A DNA stretch of 64,000 bases from Waterburya sp. (lineage in GTDB: Bacteria; Cyanobacteriota; Cyanobacteriia; Cyanobacteriales; Xenococcaceae). Where the stretch lies: assembly GCA_965217895.1 (NCBI GenBank), contig CBDCJV010000002.1, forward strand, positions 3,040,001-3,104,000. The letters run 5' to 3'. Under the pieces are notes generated by a model. The model was given only the letters and a program-made list of their open reading frames with translations. It made no database searches and was not told the DNA's origin. Below are positions 32,576 through 42,574 of this stretch, piece after piece. A program made the translations under genes and the position numbers. The first letter of the stretch is position 1. Each line of letters begins with the position of its first letter.

Positions 32576-33526
32576 TTACGGAGTTGCTGTTCTAACATCA
32601 TTAGAGCCATCTTTAAACACTGGTTTTACTTCAGACAGCATAACTCTAATCTGTTTATTACCTTGAACCAAACACCATAAAATAATTGCCCAAGTCTGCC
32701 AAGTTTGCCATAATTCTAAAGAGTGAGTTCCTAAAGCGATCGCACCCAATAAAAAGATAAAAATTAAGCAGCGCAATAACTTAACAGGGACTTCTTTTGG
32801 CCAACTATCCGCATTTCCACCAGAGTAACGATAAACTACATACAGTATGCTGCGAGAGAGTATCTGCGCCGATAATATACCTGTGCCAACAGAATTGGTG
32901 GCAGTAATGGCTAAAAAGCCATAGTAACGAAAAGACTGTAATAAAAGATAAAGCCAAGTCCTAGTGTGCTTGTTTAAATGATTGTATACCCAAAAACACA
33001 ATCTAGCAGAAACTAAAAATGCTACCCAATATAAAAAAGGCAAAGTAAGAGAATTGAAGGCTGTTTCTGGTTCAACAAAGGGGGGACAGAACAATAAGTT
33101 TATACTTTGAGCTTTTTCTATCAAAGCAACTCCCAAAAAGCCAGATATCAAAGACCAAACCCAAGGATATGTGGTTTGCATCATCTGCTTATGTAGATAA
33201 TAAGTAGCTGATAACCTAGGTTGTTGTTCGTATTTCTCGGCAACGTAATCATTTTCGTAATATCCTATTTCATATACACACCAAAAGGAAATTAATAGCA
33301 TTACAATGCCCAGTCCATCTATAAGAGGGTGGTTTGCCTGCCAAGAAAAGGCTAACCACAGTATAGGTAGATCATCCCAAAGAATAACTTTAAAGGTATA
33401 ATTTTCTTCGACGCGCTTGACTTTTTCTAGATAAAAGAAGGGTAAATAAATATTACTTAAAGTTGGTATGTACATATCTTTAGCTGAAGACCAAGTAACT
33501 AAGAAGGGAGTTTTCACAATTTGCAA
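32576..33526 (-). CDS. Multi-pass membrane protein (UbiA-prenyltransferase-like partner of the HAD domain)
   Basis: Multiple TM helices; YEIGYYENDYVAEKYE motif; begins with a HAD C-terminal-like segment; TTG start uncertain. Confidence 0.6.
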   Translation of the reverse strand: MQIVKTPFLVTWSSAKDMYIPTLSNIYLPFFYLEKVKRVEENYTFKVILWDDLPILWLAFSWQANHPLIDGLGIVMLLISFWCVYEIGYYENDYVAEKYEQQPRLSATYYLHKQMMQTTYPWVWSLISGFLGVALIEKAQSINLLFCPPFVEPETAFNSLTLPFLYWVAFLVSARLCFWVYNHLNKHTRTWLYLLLQSFRYYGFLAITATNSVGTGILSAQILSRSILYVVYRYSGGNADSWPKEVPVKLLRCLIFIFLLGAIALGTHSLELWQTWQTWAIILWCLVQGNKQIRVMLSEVKPVFKDGSNDVRTATP

Positions 33527-33625
33527 TAGAATAAAGGCAGATTATCCTCAGAATTAGTCACGGCGATCGCAGATTTAATTGCTGAGTAAGGATATATTTG
33601 CCTGTAATATTAACAGCTTACCTGA
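33527..33625 (-). pseudogene. Frameshifted remnant of a HAD domain, paralogous to 31841-31927
   Basis: Translates GKLLILQANIS/YSAIKSAIAVTNSEDNLPL versus GKLLMMRSALSDSQIHSAIVVTDSEDDLPL in 31699-32460. Confidence 0.7.
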
Positions 33626-34199
33626 TTAATAATTATTGAAGTGCTTGGAAAAGCATTGTTAATTAGATTTATTGCTTTCAAATTTTTGCTTAAATTACAC
33701 TTTTTTTTTGAATTATTCTGCATCATGAAACAAATAAATAGACAAGTAAACGTTAATTTTTAATGAGTAGCTAATGTCAGTTGATATTATAGCAGTATGT
33801 AATTTGGTTGATATTCATGAACAATTAAAATGTAAAACTTATATTTTACAAACTGTAGAAAAATAAAGGTTTTACAAAGCTCGCGCCGATTTTGGTAAAC
33901 TACGATTTGAGTATTTGGGGATTAGAGACAAATTATCTTATTAGTTACTTCAAGTTACAAAAAGATATTAGTCAAACTTAATTGGTTTTCCAAGACGATT
34001 ATAACAATAAAATAAATTAGTTAAAATCTGGATAAAAAGTTCAATATACTTGTTTTATTATAAATATAAATAAACTACAAAATATCTTAATTATTATTTC
34101 CCAATTATTTGAACAAAACTAGTCTGGCAAGATATTCATTTGAATTTTTAGAGACTATAACTATAATATTTAGGGAAATAACGATGCCATAAATTTTTC

Positions 34200-36209
34200 A
34201 TGCTTGATAGTCAATCTGAATCTAGTTTTCAATTGCCACAGCCTCAGAATACTGTTGTTGATTCCTGTTTCGCATCCAAAAGTGAAGTAGATTGGACAGT
34301 GGCAGACAGTGCCAAACTATATAATATTGAAGGTTGGGGAGAGCCATATTTTGGCATAAACCAAGCAGGAAATGTTACGGTGTCGCTGCTGGGTAAGCAA
34401 GATAGCCAAATAGATTTAGCTCAACTAATTGAATCTCTGAAAAAACGCAATATTAGTTTGCCGTTGCTGATCCGTTTTCCCGAAATCTTGGCAGATAGAA
34501 TGGCAAGGCTACAAAGCTGCATGGAAGATGCGATCGCTAGATATAATTATTCTGGTAAATATCAGGGAGTCTTTCCGATTAAATGCAATCAAAATCGCCA
34601 ATTTATCGAGGCTTTGGTGCATTACGGCAAATCCTATCAATTTGGCTTAGAAGCTGGCTCAAAACCAGAACTAATGATTGCTTTGGCTTGTTTACAGGCA
34701 GAAAAAGCTACTACCCAACCATTATTAATGTGTAATGGTTATAAAGACAAAGAATATATTGAAACTGCCTTACTCGCAACCAAGCTAGGGCAAAAACCAA
34801 TAATTATCATTGAACAACCTCAAGAACTTGATTTGGTTTTAGCCATTAGTCAAGAGTTAGATATCAAGCCTGTTTTGGGAGTTCGTGCCAAGCTAGATGC
34901 TAAGGGCATAGGCAGATGGAGTAGTTCTACAGGCGATCGCGCTAAGTTTGGTTTAACGATCGCCGAAATTCTCCAGGTAGTGAGACAATTAGAAACTTTA
35001 AATCGCTTAGATTGTCTGCAACTGCTACATTTCCATATTGGTTCTCAAATCTCTGCTATTAGGGTGATTAAAAACGCTATCCGCGAAGCTAGCCAGATTT
35101 ATGTACAGCTTGTCAAGCTAGGGGCAAATATGCGCTATCTCAATGTGGGTGGCGGATTAGCAGTAGATTATGACGGCTCTAAAACTAATTTTGCTGCCTC
35201 TAAGAACTACAATATGCAAAATTATGCCAACGATATTGTGGCACAGGTAAAAGATGCTTGCGATCAGGGCAATATAGCCGTACCTACTTTGGTGAGTGAA
35301 AGTGGCAGAGCGATCGCCGCCCATCAATCGGTGCTAATCTTTGATGTGTTGGGAACAAGTAGGGTATCGTCTCCTAAGATTGGTGCGCCAGAATCTAACG
35401 CACCCTTGATTGTTCGTAATTTCTGGGAAACTTATCAATCTATTGACGAGACAAACTTCCAAGAAAGCTATAACGATGCTATTCAATTTAAGCAAGAGGC
35501 TTTGAGCCTTTTTAACTTTGGGTACTTGAGTTTAGGCGATCGCGCTAAAGTAGAAGAGCTATTTTGGTCTTGCTGTTCCAAGATTGCAGCAATTGTTAAT
35601 AACTATGATTATGTCTCAGATGATTTAGCAGATTTGGAACACATCATGTCAGCTATTTATTATGTCAATCTGTCTATCTTTCAATCTGCCCCCGATGCCT
35701 GGGCAATTAGCCAACTTTTCCCGATTATGCCCATTCATCGCTTAGATGAAAAACCAACTGTCAAAGGGATTATAGCTGATATTACCTGTGATAGTGATGG
35801 TAAGATTGATCGATTTATTGATCGCAAAGATGTCAAAAATGTTTTAGAGTTGCACCCTCTAGATAATTCTTATTCAGCTTCAACTCCCTATTATTTAGGG
35901 ATGTTTTTGGTTGGTGCGTATCAAGAAATTATGGGTAATCTGCACAATCTTTTTGGCAATACGAACGTCGTGCATATCAAAATTACTCCTGATGGCTATC
36001 AGGTAGATTCGGTGGTTCAAGGTGACAGTATCCAAGAAGTCTTAAGCTACGTACAGTATGACGGTAAAGATTTATTAGAAACTATGCGGTGTCGCACTGA
36101 ATCAGCTTTGCAAAGCAAAAGTATAACTCTGCCAGAGGCAAGAAAGCTGTTGGAAAATTATGCTAGTAGCCTCAATAACTATACTTACCTGAAATTGGAT
36201 AAGACATAG
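34200..36209 (+). CDS. speA: Biosynthetic arginine decarboxylase
   Basis: GVFPIKCNQ (PLP Lys), LEAGSKPEL, HFHIGSQI, DITCDSDG, GNLHNLFG. Confidence 0.95.
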   Translation: MLDSQSESSFQLPQPQNTVVDSCFASKSEVDWTVADSAKLYNIEGWGEPYFGINQAGNVTVSLLGKQDSQIDLAQLIESLKKRNISLPLLIRFPEILADRMARLQSCMEDAIARYNYSGKYQGVFPIKCNQNRQFIEALVHYGKSYQFGLEAGSKPELMIALACLQAEKATTQPLLMCNGYKDKEYIETALLATKLGQKPIIIIEQPQELDLVLAISQELDIKPVLGVRAKLDAKGIGRWSSSTGDRAKFGLTIAEILQVVRQLETLNRLDCLQLLHFHIGSQISAIRVIKNAIREASQIYVQLVKLGANMRYLNVGGGLAVDYDGSKTNFAASKNYNMQNYANDIVAQVKDACDQGNIAVPTLVSESGRAIAAHQSVLIFDVLGTSRVSSPKIGAPESNAPLIVRNFWETYQSIDETNFQESYNDAIQFKQEALSLFNFGYLSLGDRAKVEELFWSCCSKIAAIVNNYDYVSDDLADLEHIMSAIYYVNLSIFQSAPDAWAISQLFPIMPIHRLDEKPTVKGIIADITCDSDGKIDRFIDRKDVKNVLELHPLDNSYSASTPYYLGMFLVGAYQEIMGNLHNLFGNTNVVHIKITPDGYQVDSVVQGDSIQEVLSYVQYDGKDLLETMRCRTESALQSKSITLPEARKLLENYASSLNNYTYLKLDKT

Positions 36210-36423
36210 GCCAAACAAGCAGAAAGATGTTGCGATCGCACCTGGATGCAGCATGGGTATAATAACAAGGCTAAAGATCGAGCGATCGCCTGTGTTATGG
36301 CAAGCTTTGATTTTTGTTTGAATACATTTGGGCAAAAACATACTGATAATATTAAGATCGAGATAGAGCAGCTAGATCAAAATTTTAGATATTAGCTATA
36401 TATTTAGTAATGGTACTCCCTTA

Positions 36424-37287
36424 ATGAACTTATCAAAAAAAGCTTTAATTGGCTTAAAAGCCGATCTCTTTCGCCATCCCCTAGACTTGCAGGCAACTAA
36501 TACCTTGAAGCAAATACCAGGAATAGATATAGCTATTCGGAGTGTTTTGGGTTCAGTGGGAGAACAGTTTTTTTATCTGAATAATATTGCCTCTAGTGTT
36601 TTAGTGAGCGAAAAACAGCTACCTCATCTCCATAAATTACTGTTAGAAGCCTCTAAAATTCTAGATTTAGAACCACCTCAGCTATACGTCCAGCAAAACC
36701 CTACTCCCAATGCCTATACTTTTGCCATGAGAGGCAAACAACCTTTTGTGATGCTTCATACGTCTTTGATTGAAATGCTTACCCCCGAAGAAATTCAGGC
36801 AGTAATTGCTCACGAATTAGGTCATCTTAAGTGTGAACACGGGGTTTATTTAAGCATGGTAAATATGCTGGTGCTAGCAGCTAACTTACTGCCACCTTGG
36901 GGAACCATTTTAGCCCAATCGTTGCAAGATCAAATGCTGCAATGGGTGCGTTGTGCAGAATTTAGTTGCGATCGCGCTGCTTTGTTAGCCACTCAAGATC
37001 CAAAAGTAGTTATGTCAGTCTTGATGAAGCTAGCGGGAGGCTCTCCCACTATCGCTCCTCAGCTAAATTTAGATGCTTTTATTGAACAGGCAAAAGCTTA
37101 TGATTCTATAACTACAGATAGCCTAGGAGAAGTTTTGCAGGCAGCGCAAACTGCTCAACTAACTCACCCTGTTCCCGTAATTCGAGCCAGAGAAATTGGT
37201 CGTTGGGCAAGTTCAGCAGAATATCAGGCAATAATTGATAAGCAGCAAATCAATCAAGAGCAAAAGCTCGGCTGGAGTAATTGGTAA
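36424..37287 (+). CDS. M48 family metallopeptidase
   Basis: AHELGHLKCEH HExxH; EFSCDRA; THP. Confidence 0.9.
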   Translation: MNLSKKALIGLKADLFRHPLDLQATNTLKQIPGIDIAIRSVLGSVGEQFFYLNNIASSVLVSEKQLPHLHKLLLEASKILDLEPPQLYVQQNPTPNAYTFAMRGKQPFVMLHTSLIEMLTPEEIQAVIAHELGHLKCEHGVYLSMVNMLVLAANLLPPWGTILAQSLQDQMLQWVRCAEFSCDRAALLATQDPKVVMSVLMKLAGGSPTIAPQLNLDAFIEQAKAYDSITTDSLGEVLQAAQTAQLTHPVPVIRAREIGRWASSAEYQAIIDKQQINQEQKLGWSNW

Positions 37288-37365
37288 CAAATTTTATTAA
37301 ATATTGATTACTTAATGCCTCAATTGATCGAAGAAGTAAGTGGTAAACCCAATTATTTTAAAGTT

Positions 37366-37734
37366 ATGACTAAAGCAGAATCAACATCTAGTCAAAACCA
37401 AGCTAAAAACTTGGAGTCGATGAGAAAATTTGCCGAAAAATACGCAAGTCTTACTGATACTTATTTTTGTAGCGATTTATCAGTTACTGCTGCGGTAATT
37501 AAAGGCTTGGCTAAACACAAGCAAGAATTAGGTTCTCCTTTGTGTCCCTGTCGCCACTATCAAGATAAAGAGGCAGAAGTTAAAAAAGCCTATTGGAATT
37601 GCCCTTGCGTCCCAATGCGTGAAGAGAAAAAATGTCACTGTATGTTATTTCTAACTGCCGACAATGCTTTTGCAGGAAACACTCAAGAAATTACCACAGA
37701 GCAAATTAATCAGCTTTATGGAGATATGGAATAG
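37366..37734 (+). CDS. ftrC: Ferredoxin-thioredoxin reductase catalytic subunit
   Basis: LCPCRHY, WNCPCVPM, CHCMLF motifs; probable start MTKAES. Confidence 0.92.
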   Translation: MTKAESTSSQNQAKNLESMRKFAEKYASLTDTYFCSDLSVTAAVIKGLAKHKQELGSPLCPCRHYQDKEAEVKKAYWNCPCVPMREEKKCHCMLFLTADNAFAGNTQEITTEQINQLYGDME

Positions 37735-37739
37735 GCAAA

Positions 37740-38156
37740 ATGGGAGCAGCAGCAAAATTTGAGCAAGGTATTGCTGAATTTAACCAGCAGCAGTTTTATG
37801 CTTGTCACGATACTTTAGAAGCAATTTGGGTTGAAGCTCCCGAAGCAGACAAAAGGTTTTATCAGGGAATTTTGCAGGTAGCGGTAGGTTGCTATCATTT
37901 GAGTAACGGCAACCTACGGGGAGCAATTATTCTCTTGGGAGAGGCAGTTAGACGCTTGTGTGATTATCAGCCTGACTATGAGGGGATTAATGTTGAACTG
38001 CTGTTGGAACAGGCTATTAACTTGCTTCAGACATTACAGCAACTTGAACCAGAACAAGCTCAAGCGTTTTTTCAACAGCTAGAGCAAAAGCAGTTAGCCG
38101 AGTCGCAAAATAATTTAGTTGATGGTTGTCAGATGCCTTATATAGTTAAAGTCTGA
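37740..38156 (+). CDS. DUF309 family protein
   Basis: FYACHDTLEAIW, FYQGILQ.AV..YH. Confidence 0.88.
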   Translation: MGAAAKFEQGIAEFNQQQFYACHDTLEAIWVEAPEADKRFYQGILQVAVGCYHLSNGNLRGAIILLGEAVRRLCDYQPDYEGINVELLLEQAINLLQTLQQLEPEQAQAFFQQLEQKQLAESQNNLVDGCQMPYIVKV

Positions 38157-38242
38157 ATAATATCAAGTATCGAGGCAGAAAAATCTACATAAAGCTGACA
38201 CCAATGCGTCATAGATCTGTCACTTGAAATCTTTATATTAAA

Positions 38243-38550
38243 TAGGACTTACGCACTCGCCCCCTAAATCCCCCAAGGCGAGCGACCCCCGCGCATGGTT
38301 CAGCAGTTTGCTTATGCCAGGGAACCCTTTCGACACTTTGCTCAACGGAGGATACCTCCGCAACGCAAGTGTCTCACCACCGCAACTGCTTCACCGCGTC
38401 GCCGTCAGGCGCAAGCGTCCGACACGAGGGCATCCCTAAACGGGAAGCCACGCGGACTTGGGAATGCGCGAGAGGGGGACTTTTAATTCTTGTTCCCCCA
38501 GATTTGGGGGGCTAGGGGGGGGCAAAACTCGTTAAACTGCGTAAGTCCTA
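38243..38550. mobile_element. MITE-like element D carrying a nested hairpin composite (38278-38472)
   Basis: Same 13-bp TIRs and subterminal arms as 32485-32564, inverted; GCGAGCGACCCC...GCGCGAG insert. Confidence 0.8.
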
Positions 38551-38581
38551 TTAAAATCAGCGAATAAAAAAAGACAATAAA

Positions 38582-38788
38582 ATGACTAATAATATTTTGA
38601 ATAAATGGTGGCAAGAATATCGTGAAGCCGATCGCTCTAGCAAACTACATCATGAGCTGATGACTCTGGTTCACGATCGGCCTGACACTGCACAGCGACT
38701 AGTTGATTTAGAAAAAATCAAACATCCAGGTCAATCTGAAAGTTGGTATTTAGACAAAGTAGTTTATGACCTCAGACGTGAAGCTTAA
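38582..38788 (+). CDS. Small hypothetical protein
   Basis: 68-aa ATG ORF with natural composition (AQRLVDLEKIKHPGQSESWYLDKVVYDL). Confidence 0.65.
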   Translation: MTNNILNKWWQEYREADRSSKLHHELMTLVHDRPDTAQRLVDLEKIKHPGQSESWYLDKVVYDLRREA

Positions 38789-38855
38789 AGAGTGTTGTTG
38801 ATTTAATGGATTTAATTTATCTAAGAGTGAGTTTGTAGTTCGTAGTCTGTCGTTT

Positions 38856-39214
38856 GAAGTCGAGAGACGCGTCGCCGAAGGGCGCAAGTCCACCCTCGAC
38901 AGTTTGCTCGCCCTCGACAACCAAGGGGTACTCCCCGCAGGTACCTCAACGGGGGGAATCCCTGCAACGGTTTTGCGAAGCAGCGCGGTCTTTGCAAGCG
39001 GAAATGCTGCTTGCGAAGCAGCTTATTCCACGCTTGCGGCGGGGGTTTCCCCCATAAGCGACTGCTGAGGGTGTCTCGCAACGGGTCACAGACAAGGCGC
39101 GTTTTGAGGCGAGGAAATGCTCTCGGTTAGAGAGCATATTCCACTCGCCTGTTGAGTGGGAAGCTTCCCACTCAACAGGCGCCGTCCGCAACGCAACTGT
39201 CTCGCAATCGACTT
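38856..39214. repeat. Nested array of GC-rich small dispersed hairpin repeats
   Basis: Outer stems AAGTCGA/TCGACTT and GACAGTTTGC/GCAACTGTC enclose several further hairpins; flanked by heptamer-like repeats. Confidence 0.8.
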
Positions 39215-39452
39215 GTTATAGTCGGATTTGAACTACAAACTACTAACTACCAACAAAGAACTTTTTTATTAACCAGTAGATTCAAATTTTTAGTTTTATC
39301 CTCACACACCTAATAAATGTCCTATTTAAACTAGTTTTATGGGACATTTTTTCTATATTCAAGATGTATGTTGTTTTTGGCTGGCTTAACCAAAATCTTC
39401 TGTAATGGTTAAATTTAAATATATAAAATTCATTCTGCTATATTAAAAATTT

Positions 39453-40040
39453 ATGCGTCAGAAAAAGAACAACAAAAAATCTGATTTTACAGCAGCTAGT
39501 ATTATAAGCCTGGTCAGTTTATTAGTTTTGATGTGGTTGATAGAGCTATTTAATTGGTCGCTTCCGCAGCTACAGTTTGACAATTACGGAATTCGCCCTA
39601 GGGATATTAATTGGTTGCCAGGAATCATCATTGCCCCTTTGCTTCACGGTTCTTGGTCGCATTTAATTGCCAACACGCCACCATTTATAATTTTTGGTGG
39701 CTTAGTTTCGCTCCAAGGCATGAGAATATTCTGGCTAGTTACTATTATATCCACGTTATTTAGTGGCTTGGGAGTTTGGTTATTTAGTCCCGAAAATGTA
39801 GTTACCGTGGGAGCTTCTGGCGTTATTTTTGGTTATTTGGGTTTTTTATTATTGCGTGGTTTGTTTGCTCGCAGTATAGGTGCAATCTTAATTTCCTTAA
39901 TAGTGGGCTTTCTTTATGGTGGGACACTCTGGGGAATATTGCCATCTAGCCCTAATATATCTTGGCAGGCACACTTATTTGGGCTTATGGGTGGTGTGTT
40001 GGCTGCCAGTTTGGGTCGTAAACGCAGTAGAGATAACTAA
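39453..40040 (+). CDS. Rhomboid family intramembrane serine protease
   Basis: LHGSWSHLIAN, GASG catalytic Ser, SWQAHLFG. Confidence 0.9.
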   Translation: MRQKKNNKKSDFTAASIISLVSLLVLMWLIELFNWSLPQLQFDNYGIRPRDINWLPGIIIAPLLHGSWSHLIANTPPFIIFGGLVSLQGMRIFWLVTIISTLFSGLGVWLFSPENVVTVGASGVIFGYLGFLLLRGLFARSIGAILISLIVGFLYGGTLWGILPSSPNISWQAHLFGLMGGVLAASLGRKRSRDN

Positions 40041-40051
40041 AAATTGATTCT

Positions 40052-41905
40052 CTATTTTTTAATTAGCTGGTTTAATTGACTGGCATTTAAAGAGCGGAGT
40101 AAATTGATAGGTAATGGTGGCTTACTCAAGCGTTTAATATAAGATTCTGTCAGATAGAATCTAAATTCATTTTGTTGTGCTAGGTGAGTTTTGAAAAAGG
40201 CTACACTCAGAACTTTTAAATACGAACGAGCTAAGGCAGGATCAAAACCCATTATATTTATAGGCAATTTAATTTCATCTGAATCTCCTTCAGCAATAAA
40301 GGAAAAATGAGTACTGTTTTTGACCAAAACCAAATATTTATTGTTTTTCGGCAGCCAGGTAAAAGGCTTTAGCTGCTCATCTAAAGCAGGAGCAAATATA
40401 TCTTTATCTCCAGCGATGATCAATAAGGGAGAATCAAACTGGCTCATTCCTGACTGGCTAAAAACTGGATTAGTTACAGGATTAATAGCGATCGCCGCAA
40501 CTATCCTTTGATCGCGCAAATTGGTATTGGGAACAGAATTATTTGCGCTCTGACATTGCCAAAATAGCGCGGGGTTTAGGTCTATTTGTTCTGGGCTTCC
40601 TATTTTTTGGCATTCTTTTTGCAGATGTTGCCAGTCCACCTTCGCTCCAGCGATCGCCATTGCCGTATAGCCACCTAGAGATTGACCGATAATTCCGACT
40701 CTTTGTAAATCGAGCTTACCTCGCCATGATTCCTCATTTTGAGACTTACGCTCCATCTCATCTAATAACCGAGTAACGATCTTAGGCTGCTCTATCCATT
40801 GATTATCCTTTGGAGGAGTATCTAAACCATTTAAGACTTCGTTTACCCGTTGGGCATTAGTACCAGGAAAATTGACCGCAGCTACCCCAAAGCCATAGGA
40901 AGCAAGATGCTCGGCTATATAGGTGAAGTTTTGCCAATTGGTATTTAACCCAGGAGCAACAACAACTACAGGGGCAGGTTTGTCGGTAGATATTGGCAAA
41001 TAAACTACTCCCTCAATCTGGCGATCGCTATCTGACTTAACAGTTATATTTTCTTTGCGCCACTTCTTGTCTCCTAAGTTGCTGAGATCTGCAAAAGTAT
41101 TTAGATCGAGAGAATTACCAGTTGCTACCTGCTCTTTTGCCTCTTGCCCTAATGTTTGGAAAACTTGTTCTGTATCTGCCAAAAGTTTTGTCGCTTCATC
41201 GACTGCCTCAACAATGCGGTTGGTATTTAATTTCAGCGTTTTGGTAGTGTAGTGGCGGAGAACACTGAGAATTGTTAGCCCTTCGGGTTCAGCAGACGCT
41301 AAAATCAAAGCGGCTCGCAAAGCTGGCTGATTTATCCTCTCAGAAGAATCTATAATTAAGCCGATTTCTCTGAGCAATTGTTTGCCAATCGGTAAATTGA
41401 GAAAAGTGCTTGTGGTCACAACGCTGATTTTAAAGCTGCGATTAAGTAAATCTTTTAATTGCGCTAAATCTTTTGGACTAAAGCGATCGGCGTAATAAGC
41501 AAAACCAGGAGTAATTTTACCTTTTTTAGCAAATGCTTCTAGATCGGCAATGGAAATATAAAACTCGCCCAAAACTCCATATTTAAAGGCGATGCGATCG
41601 GCACTTACAGCAGGTAAAATCCAGACGGAAGTTAAAAAACTACAGCTAAATAAAGCTATGAAAGAAGCTTGCCAAATTTTTCTTGGCTTCAACCTTATCG
41701 AACGAAAAGCAGCTAGTTGACCAACGGTCACAGCAGCGCGAGGTTGCGTTGCGGAGGTTTCCTCCGTTGAGCAAACTTCGTAAGAAGACTCCGCCCGTTT
41801 AAAAGTCCCCGTGCTGTTCCGTTTAGGAACAGCTTCATGGGGGACGTGGCGGAGTAATCTGTAACTGGCTGCTGACTTAATTTTTCTGCTTTTTCTTTTG
41901 CCCAC
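40052..41905 (-). CDS. DUF1400 alpha/beta hydrolase; N-terminus contains a repeat-derived insert
   Basis: GQSLGG nucleophile elbow, STHFSF; start uncertain because ~41705-41875 is a hairpin array. Confidence 0.8.
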   Translation of the reverse strand: MGKRKSRKIKSAASYRLLRHVPHEAVPKRNSTGTFKRAESSYEVCSTEETSATQPRAAVTVGQLAAFRSIRLKPRKIWQASFIALFSCSFLTSVWILPAVSADRIAFKYGVLGEFYISIADLEAFAKKGKITPGFAYYADRFSPKDLAQLKDLLNRSFKISVVTTSTFLNLPIGKQLLREIGLIIDSSERINQPALRAALILASAEPEGLTILSVLRHYTTKTLKLNTNRIVEAVDEATKLLADTEQVFQTLGQEAKEQVATGNSLDLNTFADLSNLGDKKWRKENITVKSDSDRQIEGVVYLPISTDKPAPVVVVAPGLNTNWQNFTYIAEHLASYGFGVAAVNFPGTNAQRVNEVLNGLDTPPKDNQWIEQPKIVTRLLDEMERKSQNEESWRGKLDLQRVGIIGQSLGGYTAMAIAGAKVDWQHLQKECQKIGSPEQIDLNPALFWQCQSANNSVPNTNLRDQRIVAAIAINPVTNPVFSQSGMSQFDSPLLIIAGDKDIFAPALDEQLKPFTWLPKNNKYLVLVKNSTHFSFIAEGDSDEIKLPINIMGFDPALARSYLKVLSVAFFKTHLAQQNEFRFYLTESYIKRLSKPPLPINLLRSLNASQLNQLIKK

Positions 41906-42014
41906 TAAAAAACTTTGATTTACCTTGCTTTTGGATCGTTACCACTTGTTCATGTGTGTATACAAACCCCTAATAATTAGATCTTACGCCAGCTTGGGGC
42001 TGCTCGTCAAAAGA

Positions 42015-42386
42015 CTACTTTTTCTTAAGAAGATTTATTAATGCTCCATCAGCAGCACCAGAAACTGCATTGCCGACAAACGAACCATTGCCGAGAACTG
42101 CCCCTGTAGCTGCGTTTGTGCCTGCGCCAACCGCACTATCCTGCAGCAAACTATGATTTTTTTTACTGGAATTTTGGTGAGTTGCGTTAACCACAGCACC
42201 AGTTGCTGCACCGCCGACAGCGTTACCGACTGCCGAACCATTACCTAATATTTTACCAGTGACCACGTTAGCACCAGTACCTACTCCTAAATCTTGCAAA
42301 ATATTAGCACTGGCAGGTCTGGTATTCAATAAAGTGCTAACGGCAAGAACGACTGGCAAGACTAAGGCTTTTATGGTTCTGTTCAT
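42015..42386 (-). CDS. Small secreted glycine-zipper-like protein with internal duplication
   Basis: Signal peptide (PASA); two copies of LQD..VG.G.N..TG.(I/V)LGNGS.VGNAV.GAA.GA. Confidence 0.75.
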   Translation of the reverse strand: MNRTIKALVLPVVLAVSTLLNTRPASANILQDLGVGTGANVVTGKILGNGSAVGNAVGGAATGAVVNATHQNSSKKNHSLLQDSAVGAGTNAATGAVLGNGSFVGNAVSGAADGALINLLKKK

Positions 42387-42574
42387 GATTTACCTCGTTC
42401 AAAATACTTCAACACTTCATTTTTAGTTTAAGAACCGCAAATGACATACAGGTGTCACTTAATATGTCAATTATCTAAAATTTGGCTAGACAATTAAAAT
42501 TAATCAGCTTCAAAAACTCAAGCAATGGCGATCGCGCTTGCCATGCCGTCAAGCTTATCGCCCTCAAACATCTC

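Noticed and set aside
33650..34199. Riboswitch or ncRNA in the long speA leader
   Set aside because: Extremely AT-rich with no convincing stems or known motif
36102..36341. 79-aa minus-strand ORF
   Set aside because: Overlaps the speA 3' end antisense; no supporting motif
38295..39191. ORFs 38295-38486, 38821-39081, 38854-39057 and 38946-39191
   Set aside because: Open frames arise from GC-rich repeat DNA that lacks stop codons
38243..39250. CRISPR array or structured RNA gene (tRNA, tmRNA, RNase P)
   Set aside because: No regularly spaced identical repeats with unique spacers, no cas genes and no tRNA or RNase P consensus; explained by nested hairpin repeats
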